Virus record (IMG/VR): IMGVR_UViG_3300050015_000317
Coordinates: 1-63,720 of that record
Origin: a virus
Lineage: Duplodnaviria; Caudoviricetes
Direction: 5' to 3' (one strand)
DNA: 63,720 bases
Shown: piece by piece, positions 9,968 through 18,091 of the stretch
Numbering within the stretch: position 1 is the first letter of the stretch
How the letters are laid out: the number at the start of each line of letters is the position of its first letter
Made by a program: the position numbers and the translations under genes
Notes under the pieces: generated by a model
What the model was told of the DNA's origin: nothing
The model's database searches: none
What the model saw: only the letters and a program-made list of their open reading frames with translations

Positions 9968-10227
9968 AGAAGGCCAAGATTACGCGCGACGAGTGGATGG
10001 AGGAGCTAGACAGGATTTCGCAACGTCCCAGCGATCCGGGCAAGACACAATCCGAACTGGCTTCACAATGGGGCGTATCACATCGGATTGCGCAGGTTCG
10101 TATCGCCAAGTTGAATAGTGCTGGCAGCCTGATTACGGGCAAGCGGTACGCAAAAGACGCACGGGGACACTGGATAGCATTCGTTGTCTACCGGCTCAAG
10201 GGCAGGAAGGGGGCTACAAATGCCTAA
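9964..10227 (+). CDS. Winged-helix DNA-binding protein
   Basis: TQSELASQWGVS HTH-like; GTGA coupling, RBS AAGGAGG. Confidence 0.65.
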   Translation: MKKAKITRDEWMEELDRISQRPSDPGKTQSELASQWGVSHRIAQVRIAKLNSAGSLITGKRYAKDARGHWIAFVVYRLKGRKGATNA

Positions 10228-10528
10228 AACCCTATTCCCCGCCATCACGCCGCCCGTTCACGTCCTGGCATGCAGGGCTAACACCACGATCAGCCTTACC
10301 AGCGACACCAGGACATGCTCGGTAACCCATCAATCCGTGCCCGCCAACCTGATTTTGACGATCCGGCAGGGCAAGGGCGAGAAACGGCGGTACTACTCGA
10401 CGTGGCAGCAACTCGTCCGCCTGGGGCCGCGCACGTTGGCTGAGTTCATCCCCGACGCGGGCGCGGTCACGGCAGCGATAGCGGCTATGGAACACCTGCG
10501 GCTGCAGTACCGACAGTTTGACCTCTAA
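10220..10528 (+). CDS. Hypothetical protein
   Basis: RBS AAGGGGG; continues the operon. Confidence 0.55.
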   Translation: MPKTLFPAITPPVHVLACRANTTISLTSDTRTCSVTHQSVPANLILTIRQGKGEKRRYYSTWQQLVRLGPRTLAEFIPDAGAVTAAIAAMEHLRLQYRQFDL

Positions 10529-10555
10529 CCGCCCAAATGGGCAAGGAAATTGAAA

Positions 10556-11080
10556 ATGAAGACAGCAGCGTGGATTCTAGCGGTGGTCCTGTTTGTGCTC
10601 ACTGTCGTTATGATTCGGGGCCGCATCGTGGCGGATTGGGAGTATGAGAGCACCATTTCTGCACCGTGGCTGTTGGCCGATAAGGCATCGACCATACCCC
10701 AGAAGACAAAGTACATCGACCAGTTTGTTGCGAATTTGGAGGGCTTGCATCTTAATGACGAACACAGCGCCATTTTCTTGACGACGCCCAATAACTCGTT
10801 CGGGGAAAATCTGGCGCAGCTCAAAACGCTCCGGGTGCGGCTGCACGAGATAGAGAAGATGGACGTTACCAGCTTCCAGTACCAGACGGCCATGCAGCAG
10901 ATCACGGCCCAAGAGCAGGGCGAGGCCAAGAACATGCTGTCTGTCTTTGAGGGCACCTGGATCAAGGCGCATTTCTGGTATGTGTGGAATTGGATTGGTG
11001 GCGTGATTGTGGTACTGCTGAGTCTCGCCGCGTCGGCCGATGTCGGGCTATTTATTGCAGCCTACGAGGCGTGGTACTAG
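10556..11080 (+). CDS. Two-TM membrane protein
   Basis: N- and C-terminal hydrophobic helices around a soluble domain. Confidence 0.75.
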   Translation: MKTAAWILAVVLFVLTVVMIRGRIVADWEYESTISAPWLLADKASTIPQKTKYIDQFVANLEGLHLNDEHSAIFLTTPNNSFGENLAQLKTLRVRLHEIEKMDVTSFQYQTAMQQITAQEQGEAKNMLSVFEGTWIKAHFWYVWNWIGGVIVVLLSLAASADVGLFIAAYEAWY

Positions 11081-11759
11081 TCTTGAGCGCCCTCCACACT
11101 GACGCCTCGGACCACGCCGAACCCCGTGGCGTGGTCTTGTTTTGCGCGTTCATCTCTGCGGCTATCCGCGCGTAGGTAGCGCCGCCCTCGCGCAGCGCCC
11201 GCATCGCGGGCAGCGTGTCCACTAGAAGCGACAAACTTCGCTCGTGGCGGTGCTCTGCGGCAGTGGCGCGGCCCTTTGCGGCAGCGATCTTCCACGCCTC
11301 TCGCTGTTGTGGCGTCCAAAATCCCTCCCGCTGACTGCCGAGCTTGACGCCGCGAGCCTTGGCCGCGCCAAGTGCCAGCTTGGTATTCAGGCTGATTCGG
11401 TCGGCCTCGTATTCCGCGACCAGGGCCATGATCCCGATCATAAACTTGTTGGCTTCCGGCATGTCGGCGGCTTTGAACTCAACGCCAGATTCGCGGATGG
11501 ACACCAGGAACGCGAGATTGCGCAGGAGCCTATCTAATCGCGCCACGATCAGGGTTGCCCCCGCCCGCTTACAGTGGGCCAGGGCCTTGAGCAGCTCTGG
11601 CCGGTCGCACCGCTTGCCAGATTCGACCTCGACGTAATCCGCTATGACGCCACCGTTGGCGTTGGTGTAGGTTGCTACGGCGACACGTTGCGCCTCTAAA
11701 CCTAGACCACTCCGGCCCTGACGATCTGTACTTACGCGGTAGTATGCAATTAGCTGCAT
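11052..11759 (-). CDS. Serine recombinase (resolvase/invertase family)
   Basis: YYRVSTDRQ catalytic motif, RPEL, RLDRL; C-terminal TPRGSAW recombinase-type HTH. Confidence 0.92.
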   Translation of the reverse strand: MQLIAYYRVSTDRQGRSGLGLEAQRVAVATYTNANGGVIADYVEVESGKRCDRPELLKALAHCKRAGATLIVARLDRLLRNLAFLVSIRESGVEFKAADMPEANKFMIGIMALVAEYEADRISLNTKLALGAAKARGVKLGSQREGFWTPQQREAWKIAAAKGRATAAEHRHERSLSLLVDTLPAMRALREGGATYARIAAEMNAQNKTTPRGSAWSEASVWRALKTSTTPRRLQ

Positions 11760-11761
11760 GG

Positions 11762-12013
11762 CTACCCTTCCTTCATCGGTTCCACGGGCGGCAGCATCAC
11801 GGGCGCGGGTTCGGCCTTGGGCGCTTCGGGTTCCGGCTCCGGCGGATTGGTGATCTCCCACTGCCGCAGGCCGATCTCGATGATGTACTGCGCAGCGTTA
11901 GACAGGCCACGGCGCTCGACCTTGGCCACGCGCACGAGACGCGCCTTCACGGAGCGCAGCGCAGACACGTTCAAGGGCACAAACGGATCATCGGTGTTTC
12001 GGTATCGGGGCAT
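11762..12013 (-). CDS. Ribbon-helix-helix (Arc-like) regulator
   Basis: KARLVRVAKVERRGLSNAAQYIIEIGL pattern. Confidence 0.65.
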   Translation of the reverse strand: MPRYRNTDDPFVPLNVSALRSVKARLVRVAKVERRGLSNAAQYIIEIGLRQWEITNPPEPEPEAPKAEPAPVMLPPVEPMKEG

Positions 12014-12016
12014 CGT

Positions 12017-12409
12017 TCAGCTTCCTTTCGGGTTCGGGGTTGTGTTGGTCGTCTCTGCCGTCGTCTTTACTAGAGCGGCGCGGGCCTGCTCCAGCCATTT
12101 CGCATCGGGCGATCCGGCGTCGGGGGTGTCGCCAGCGAATGCGGGGTTGTCTAGTTTGTCCACGATCCACCGCAGCGCCGCTACGAGTTCGTCGTGGGCG
12201 TTGTCCGGGGCGCGACGGTTCCAGGTCTCCAGGGCCGTCTTGCGAGTAGAGCCTGTAACCTGTGGGGCCGCATTACACTCATCGTTGTCGCACATAACCA
12301 TTCGCTTCTGCGGACCGCCACCATGCCAAGGCTCGATGAACGGCTGATGTCCGCAGAACGGACACGGCTTGGCATCTTCCTTCGACAATCGCACTGGTTC
12401 GTTGCTCAC
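12017..12409 (-). CDS. Lar-family restriction alleviation-like zinc-finger protein
   Basis: KPCPFCG...CDNDEC...WNRR; RBS AGGAG. Confidence 0.75.
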   Translation of the reverse strand: MSNEPVRLSKEDAKPCPFCGHQPFIEPWHGGGPQKRMVMCDNDECNAAPQVTGSTRKTALETWNRRAPDNAHDELVAALRWIVDKLDNPAFAGDTPDAGSPDAKWLEQARAALVKTTAETTNTTPNPKGS

Positions 12410-12436
12410 GTCATTCTCCTGCGCCCTCGCGGGCGG

Positions 12437-12595
12437 TTAATGGTTCTTTGCTGCATCAATCAGCGCCAACAGGTCATCGCGCCGCTGTAGTAATTCCCAG
12501 TTCCAGCACCGGCCGGAACAGTTCCGAAATATCTCGTCCGTGATCTTGCGGGCAACGGCTCGCAGTTCGGCTTGGTAGGCTTCCAGTAGCGTCAT
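12437..12595 (-). CDS. Small hypothetical protein
   Basis: ATGA-coupled ORF in the leftward operon. Confidence 0.55.
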   Translation of the reverse strand: MTLLEAYQAELRAVARKITDEIFRNCSGRCWNWELLQRRDDLLALIDAAKNH

Positions 12596-12816
12596 AGCCC
12601 ACCGTCCACGTCCATCAAATCCAGCTCTAGCGCCGCCAGTCCGCACTCGGTCTGCTTGCGTCGGTCGCCGCGCTCGCCAGCACGTCGCGCCTCGCGGCGT
12701 AGCAGGTCGCTCATCGCGCGCCGCTGGTCGCGGATCAGCCGCTCGATAGCCTCGATCATGCTGGAGGTAGCGTATCCGCAGTTGACGAGTGGGATGTTTT
12801 CATTTACACTGACCAT
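12592..12816 (-). CDS. Small hypothetical protein
   Basis: RBS AAGGAG. Confidence 0.6.
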   Translation of the reverse strand: MVSVNENIPLVNCGYATSSMIEAIERLIRDQRRAMSDLLRREARRAGERGDRRKQTECGLAALELDLMDVDGGL

Positions 12817-12851
12817 GTTCGCAAGCTCCTTTCCTTTTGCCGGTTCCCCGG

Positions 12852-13259
12852 CTATTTGGTGGCCTTGGAAATTGCGGCGCGGGCGGCGTCAATACGGTTC
12901 TTCCGCAGAGCGTTAAACTCCTCATGCGACAAGCCCGTCTTCGTTCCGTCATTACCACGACCATCGCCGTACACCATCGCCGGGCCTTCCGACTGCGCAA
13001 GCAACCCCTCCAGCGCCGCCAACAGGTCAGGGGCGGCTTTCAGCAGATTAGCAACGGCCCTGGGATTGTAACCAGACTCGCCGTAAATCATCGCCACAGC
13101 ATGACCGCCCATGTACTCCTCGCCGGTGTCTGGCCACAGGTACAGGTCGCCCTTGTCGTTGGTGCCACCTTCCAGCTTGAGTTTGCAGTCAAGCGCGCGG
13201 GCATGTTCCCTGTTCGCCTGATCTGTAACGGCGCGTCGTTCCTTGTTTGTCATGTTCAT
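12852..13259 (-). CDS. Hypothetical phage protein (AAPDLLAALE family)
   Basis: ANLLKAAPDLLAALE...ARAAISKA motif common in phage early proteins. Confidence 0.75.
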   Translation of the reverse strand: MNMTNKERRAVTDQANREHARALDCKLKLEGGTNDKGDLYLWPDTGEEYMGGHAVAMIYGESGYNPRAVANLLKAAPDLLAALEGLLAQSEGPAMVYGDGRGNDGTKTGLSHEEFNALRKNRIDAARAAISKATK

Positions 13260-13285
13260 CCTTTTGCGGCGTTGCCGCGTTTGAG

Positions 13286-13441
13286 TTACTTGGTTCCTTG
13301 GGCCTTGGCGAGGGCAGCGCGGATCGCCTTGGTATAACCAACCACAAAGGCCACGCTGGCGTCCGTGGTGTTTTGTACCTGCATGTGCGCCCGGATAATG
13401 CGCCGGCAGTTCGCGCGTAGCTCTGTCAATATCACAGTCAT
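13286..13441 (-). CDS. Small hypothetical protein
   Basis: ATG directly after the junction repeat; ends RAALAKAQGTK like its neighbour. Confidence 0.5.
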   Translation of the reverse strand: MTVILTELRANCRRIIRAHMQVQNTTDASVAFVVGYTKAIRAALAKAQGTK

Positions 13442-13444
13442 TCT

Positions 13445-13672
13445 CTTTCGGTGTTTGATTTCGGAACTACTCTTTTTCAACATCCTTCAATGGGACACAA
13501 ACATAATCCCCATCATCACAGAAGATCCGGACCAGTTTCCCGAGCTTGGGATGATCTTCCATCAAATGGGCTTTACCGGCATACTTATTTTTGCCGGAGA
13601 AAAAGAATACCCTGTCTTTGGCTTTGATGGTTTTCATACGGCTACCTTTCAGTGTTTGGTTTCGGGACTACT
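13445..13672. repeat. 27-bp direct repeat pair (13445-13471, 13646-13672), 24/27 identical
   Basis: CTTTC(G/A)GTGTTTG(A/G)TTTCGG(A/G)ACTACT. Confidence 0.85.
13467..13637 (-). CDS. 56-aa low-GC protein (not in ORF track)
   Basis: MKTIKAKDRVFFFSGKNKYAGKAHLMEDHPKLGKLVRIFCDDGDYVCVPLKDVEKE; RBS GAAAGG; flanked by 27-bp repeats. Confidence 0.65.
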   Translation of the reverse strand: MKTIKAKDRVFFFSGKNKYAGKAHLMEDHPKLGKLVRIFCDDGDYVCVPLKDVEKE

Positions 13673-13742
13673 TCTTTTTGCCGAAAAACATTCGCAATCG
13701 GTGCGGCCTGGGCGACGGTCAGGGGATTGTGGTTGGCGCGGG

Positions 13743-13973
13743 TCATCGCTCGTGCCCTGTCTCGATCTGCCGGACTCGACCTGTGCCGTCCGTCCACACA
13801 ACGACGCCGTTAGGCAGGCGCAGCGTGTACCCTGCCGCTCCATCCGCCGGATGATCACAGGCGGCGATAGGCGTCCCGCCGCCAGGGCGATATATAGCCA
13901 GGGCGTCGGCCTGCAGCGCGGTCCGGTAGAGGACTCTAGACATGCCAGTTGCGGCTCTCTGCTCTGTCGTCAT
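13743..13973 (-). CDS. Small hypothetical protein
   Basis: RBS AGGAG/AGGA upstream of ATG. Confidence 0.55.
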   Translation of the reverse strand: MTTEQRAATGMSRVLYRTALQADALAIYRPGGGTPIAACDHPADGAAGYTLRLPNGVVVWTDGTGRVRQIETGHER

Positions 13974-14078
13974 GATCCTGTACTCCTGTTTGGGCCGGCC
14001 AATTGCCGGCCATCCTGCGCCACCACGGCACGGGCCGCGTACCGCCGTGGGCACGGTACGCAGCCGGGGTCGAGAGGG

Positions 14079-14291
14079 CTACTTGACGCGACCGATGTAG
14101 TAACCAAGCCCGGTAGGCGCGTCGGGCTGGCCGCAGGTGTCAGACGGTAAGTCGCTGGCTAGCTCGCCGACCGTATCCACGAGTCGCCAGAGCGCAGCCG
14201 GGGCCTCTGACGCTGTGTCCAGCATCCGCGCGGCGTCCCGTAGCATCGTCTGTATCCGTTTGAGTTGCATCTGTGCCATTTCCATCTTCAT
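14079..14291 (-). CDS. Small hypothetical protein
   Basis: RBS AAGGAG. Confidence 0.6.
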   Translation of the reverse strand: MKMEMAQMQLKRIQTMLRDAARMLDTASEAPAALWRLVDTVGELASDLPSDTCGQPDAPTGLGYYIGRVK

Positions 14292-14312
14292 TCTCCTTCC
14301 GCTCTCGCGGGG

Positions 14313-14486
14313 TTAGTAAGCCAGGTAGTGCGCGGGCTTCTTGCCGCTGGTAACGTTCTCGATGATGGCGTCCAGCTCGGCGCGGTTCTGTCTGACAAAC
14401 TCGCGCTTTGACAGGCGAGAGCCACGCCACCAGTTGTAAAGCCCTTCATCGTTGTCAATCCACTGTTCACGTTCTTGATTGTTCAT
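14313..14486 (-). CDS. Small hypothetical protein, first gene of the leftward operon
   Basis: MNNQEREQWIDNDEGLYNWW; RBS AGGA. Confidence 0.7.
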   Translation of the reverse strand: MNNQEREQWIDNDEGLYNWWRGSRLSKREFVRQNRAELDAIIENVTSGKKPAHYLAY

Positions 14487-14549
14487 CGTCCTATTCCTTT
14501 GCTCTTGAGGTTGTGTATTCGGTTTCTCGTTGCTCAATCTCTATCGTCA

Positions 14550-14578
14550 ATATTACTCCATGATCTTTAGCAAGTCAA
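14550..14578 (-). promoter_or_regulatory. Sigma70-type promoter for the leftward small-gene operon
   Basis: TTGACT-17-TAATAT on the minus strand, with AT-rich upstream sequence. Confidence 0.75.
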
Positions 14579-14656
14579 TGGGGAAAATATAATTTCTTTT
14601 AGTATCTTGTAGGCCCAAGATATAGCTAATAAATCTCTAGGTATTGTGGTTTTCAG

Positions 14657-14686
14657 TTGACAATATACAAGGCGCATGTTTACAAT
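14657..14686 (+). promoter_or_regulatory. Sigma70-type promoter, rightward
   Basis: TTGACA-18-TACAAT. Confidence 0.75.
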
Positions 14687-14708
14687 CCAGGCAAGAAAGG
14701 CGCGAATC

Positions 14709-14975
14709 ATGGATGATGACCGCACGACGTGCAAATTATGCGGGGGACCGTATCGGGGCGATAAGGGGCGGACCAAGGTCAACGACCCACTCTATATGGT
14801 ATATGTTCGCGGCTGGGGCTGGATTTGCTTCGATTGTCTACTGGGTATGTCCTGGATACCCACAACGCGCCGCCGGCAAATGTGGTACGTGGAGAATGTC
14901 GTAGGGGATACGGGGCAGAACACGCCGAAAAACCGCAAGCGCCGAAGCCGAGCAAAGAAAAATCTAGCGGGCTAG
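14709..14975 (+). CDS. Small zinc-finger protein
   Basis: CKLC...CFDC, basic tail; first ORF after the promoter. Confidence 0.55.
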   Translation: MDDDRTTCKLCGGPYRGDKGRTKVNDPLYMVYVRGWGWICFDCLLGMSWIPTTRRRQMWYVENVVGDTGQNTPKNRKRRSRAKKNLAG

Positions 14976-15032
14976 ACGGAATGGTGACAGAAATTACCAC
15001 GATTTGCGGCCTTTATTAGATATAGGTACACG

Positions 15033-15494
15033 ATGATAGAACTTCCAGGCACATCATGCGAACAAAGCCAGCTACGCACGGCACTTATCCGCGTTCCTGA
15101 ACGTCATCGGGAGGACGCGGTGCAAGAGGCCTGGCTCGCGTACCTGACGAGCCGGACCGCCGGCAGCAAGTATCCGGCGCGGGCAGCTACTCACGCGATA
15201 GTCAGATTCTCCAAACGTGAGAAACGATGGGAGCGCGGACAACCCGACGATTACGCCCAGACCGTGATTAGTCAGATGGACCCGCTCGAAGCTGAGAAGG
15301 TGGACGAGGTCAGCGGCAGCGAGAGGAACCGGGCGCGCCGGGCCGTCGAAGAGAACAAACGCCAGCACCGCAAGAGGCAGAGATGCACCAAGATCCGAGA
15401 CAGGGCGGCAAACTCGCCGGTAGCAGAAGGCGAATGGGACAACGCCGTCCGGGCCGTCGAGGACGCCGCCGACCTAGCTGATACCCCGGCCTGA
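15033..15494 (+). CDS. Sigma-factor region 2-like transcription regulator (putative late activator)
   Basis: REDAVQEAWLAYL resembles ECF sigma region 2; lies just before the packaging genes. Confidence 0.55.
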   Translation: MIELPGTSCEQSQLRTALIRVPERHREDAVQEAWLAYLTSRTAGSKYPARAATHAIVRFSKREKRWERGQPDDYAQTVISQMDPLEAEKVDEVSGSERNRARRAVEENKRQHRKRQRCTKIRDRAANSPVAEGEWDNAVRAVEDAADLADTPA

Positions 15495-15532
15495 GACCCG
15501 GCCGCGCTCGAGATCGTAGCTCCTGGGGCAGC

Positions 15533-15597
15533 GTAGAGCACCAAAATCAGGCAAAATGCCCCGAAATGGGCAAAACTGGCCAGTAGAGCACCAAAAT
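15533..15597. repeat. 15-bp direct repeats 50 bp apart with phased A-tracts
   Basis: GTAGAGCACCAAAAT at 15533 and 15583; A runs at ~10-bp spacing. Confidence 0.8.
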
Positions 15598-15684
15598 GAC
15601 ACCAAGCCAAGGCCCCGCGTAAGGGCCTGTAAAGCGGCTGGATAAGTGGTAAAGATCGTACAAGATTAGGCTGCGAGAGTCACA

Positions 15685-16254
15685 ATGCAAGGTCGAGCCA
15701 ACACCTGGGAAGCGACAGAACACCAGGAAGCGGCTGTAAGGTACGCCCAAGAATATGATTACAAGTATAGCGTACCTGAACTTTGCGAATCTGTGGGAAT
15801 TGCCAAGCAGTCTTACTATAGCTGGTTCAAGACTCCTGAGTTCCTAACGTGGTGGCTGGGTGAGTCGGCAAGATGGCGCGCGTTGAAGCTGCCGGAAGTT
15901 CACAAAGTCATTGCAGAACAAGCACTTGCGAAGTCGAAGCCCGGCGACGCTCGCTATGACATGAAGGCCGTCGAACTGTACCTCCAGCGGTTCGATGAGG
16001 GCTTCGTCCCGCGATCCCGCCAGGACAACCACAATACGCTGGATATCACGGCCGAGCTGTCCGACGCCGACGCCACAAGGCGGATCGAGGCGATGATCCT
16101 CCAGCTCGCCCCGGCCGAGCAGCAGGCGCTGCCAGCGCCCGCCGACGTGATCGACACGACCTGTACACCCGCCACAAGCCCAATAGAGCTCGCCCTGCAT
16201 GCGGAGAGCGACGATCCGGCCCAGGTTGAGGGATTGGAGGAGCTGGCGCGATGA
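15685..16254 (+). CDS. Putative terminase small subunit (HTH)
   Basis: N-terminal HTH (ELCESVGIAKQSYYSW), AVELYLQR motif, position upstream of the large terminase. Confidence 0.65.
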   Translation: MQGRANTWEATEHQEAAVRYAQEYDYKYSVPELCESVGIAKQSYYSWFKTPEFLTWWLGESARWRALKLPEVHKVIAEQALAKSKPGDARYDMKAVELYLQRFDEGFVPRSRQDNHNTLDITAELSDADATRRIEAMILQLAPAEQQALPAPADVIDTTCTPATSPIELALHAESDDPAQVEGLEELAR

Positions 16255-16599
16255 TTGACGGTGGCGAGACTGTGATGATCGTGCTGGCTGTCCTGCTCGT
16301 GCTTGTGCATAGATGACAACCTTCGCGCAGTCCGACGTTCGTCCGTAGTGGCGCAAGATTGCCCGATGCCCTTGTGCGGCAAGGGGTTAGGTGCAATGCA
16401 GCGTATTGGGCGACGCCAGGACAGGCCTAGGTGACAGCAGCGCGGGGCTGGACAGATCGCGACGCCCAGGCCCGCGTCGACCCCCGGTATACGCCGCCCC
16501 TGCCGGTCGATCGCGCGGCCGCAACCGCGAGCCGGAGTCCAGTGTACTCTCGCCGCATTGCTCTTAGCTTCTGACTCTCTGTTAACTTGGGTAATCTCC

Positions 16600-16971
16600 A
16601 TGAATCCATCGCAGTTTGTCAAGGACGAGTGCTGCAACTTGAACGATGGTGTGTGCCTGACCAACGAGAAGCCGTGTCTGGTCTTGGTTGGCAAGAGGTG
16701 CGACTACTTCGAGACGGCGGTACTGCCTATTGCTCAACAGCCAAGCCCCAAGAGCGACCCTGACCTACAATCGCGGCGCGCTGAGGCGGTTGCTGAGTAT
16801 GCGTGGAAGCACAAGGCTGGAAACGGATCATCGAGTCCTTGTCCTGACTGTGGCGGCGCGAAGCCCAAGGGCCATCGGTACTGCGAGTCTTGCGCTCGGA
16901 AAAGGCGAAAAAGCAGCTTCCGGCGCACCCGCGAGACTAAGGCCGTCCGGCGCGCAACAGTTGAGGCATAA
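16600..16971 (+). CDS. Cys-rich zinc-finger protein
   Basis: ECCN, RCDYFE, CPDC...YCESC. Confidence 0.7.
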   Translation: MNPSQFVKDECCNLNDGVCLTNEKPCLVLVGKRCDYFETAVLPIAQQPSPKSDPDLQSRRAEAVAEYAWKHKAGNGSSSPCPDCGGAKPKGHRYCESCARKRRKSSFRRTRETKAVRRATVEA

Positions 16972-17143
16972 AAACACGCATAGTTTCCTAGGAAATTCGC
17001 GTGTCTTTTCTTGAACTGGTGTATTGATACGGACCCCCTAGAAACGGCCTCAACAACTGTTGCGCAGAGCGTCCTAGCGTGTAGGGTGGATGTTGGCTAG
17101 TATCTCTCGCCTTACTGCTCACGGATAACGGAGTGCTGTTAAG

Positions 17144-17488
17144 ATGGATAAGCGCACAAGGGAAGCAGTTGAACGGATGATGATATTGCCATGTCCCTTC
17201 TGTGGCGCAGAAGTGAAGCCCGAACCCTATGGTACCTACGCCAAATGGCGAATCCATTGTTTTGCTTGTGGCGTTCATTTCGATCTAGCAAACGATCTTC
17301 CGGCCTCAATCAGCAAGTGGAATCGCCGTACCGATCTGAGCACTGGCCGCATTGAGTTGTTCGTGGCAAGTATGGTTGTCGCCGGCGGCGCTGTTCTAGG
17401 CGATCCTGCGTCTTGGTTAAGCAGGTACGAGTTGGCGCAGATAAGACGCCTACCCCTTGGAGGTACGGATGCCCGACCGGAACTGTGA
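17144..17488 (+). CDS. Second Lar-like zinc-finger protein
   Basis: LPCPFCG...CFACG...KWNRR. Confidence 0.7.
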   Translation: MDKRTREAVERMMILPCPFCGAEVKPEPYGTYAKWRIHCFACGVHFDLANDLPASISKWNRRTDLSTGRIELFVASMVVAGGAVLGDPASWLSRYELAQIRRLPLGGTDARPEL

Positions 17489-17730
17489 AACGTGTTATGC
17501 CAAAGGAAGTCGCGTGGGGGACTTTGATGGATGTTGACACAAGCCCAAGTGCCTTGACTGTACGACGAATGGCTACAAGTCCTACTGGACGCCAAAGATT
17601 GAGAAGCCAAAGTCCCCGATGGTACTTGTCCCGCTTGGTGTGACATGTGCGGGAATTGGACGAGGCAGAAGTGATTTACCTTAGGGCTTAGACCTGGGCC
17701 GGATTAGAAGCCGGGTTCTTGCGTTTATGG
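17469..17730 (+). pseudogene. Decayed paralog of 18092-18391
   Basis: MPDRNCETC...GC*H...YKSYW matches MDRNCETC...CCEH...KSYW; TGA at 17535, then a frameshift and TAG. Confidence 0.6.
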
Positions 17731-17780
17731 CACCGGACACACGCGCCTGCCGAAAGACCCAGGACCAAAATCTGGTGCAG

Positions 17781-17871
17781 TTGGCGGTAGCTCAGTTGGT
17801 AGAGCCTTGGCATCCACTGTGCCTTCGGGCCCGTAGGATGCGTGTCGTGGGTTCGAGTCCCACCCGCCAGT
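17781..17871 (+). ncRNA. tRNA-like RNA without anticodon loop (element 1)
   Basis: 7-bp acceptor TTGGCGG/CCGCCAG, D-arm TAGCTCAGTTGGTAGAGC, T-arm GTGGG-TTCGAGT-CCCAC; central arm is an extended stem capped by C(TTCG)G. Confidence 0.8.
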
Positions 17872-18091
17872 TTACTTTGGGGGTTGAAGGAATCGCTGAT
17901 GAGGTTCACGGCCACGGAGCAGCGGCGCAGCACCCGCCTGGCGAAACTACGGTTGATGGCGTGCGACTGGTGAACTTACCTATAACACTGCCGCCGTTAT
18001 TATAGCAAATGGCGAGTTGGTAAAATAACGATACCTGACGCAATCGCCACATGGAACTGCCGCACGCCTTCGGGGGCTGTAGAGGTCAAGG

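Noticed and set aside
11052-14690. Recombinase-invertible segment covering the leftward operon
   Set aside because: No inverted repeats found by eye at the two boundaries
17535-17537. In-frame TGA aligned with Cys of the paralog, suggesting selenocysteine
   Set aside because: The same copy also has a frameshift and a TAG downstream and only a weak hairpin follows the TGA; pseudogene decay is the simpler explanation
17891-17955. Canonical hammerhead ribozyme (CTGATGA...GAAAC)
   Set aside because: Stem III and a properly placed NUH site cannot be formed; kept only as a possible variant in findings
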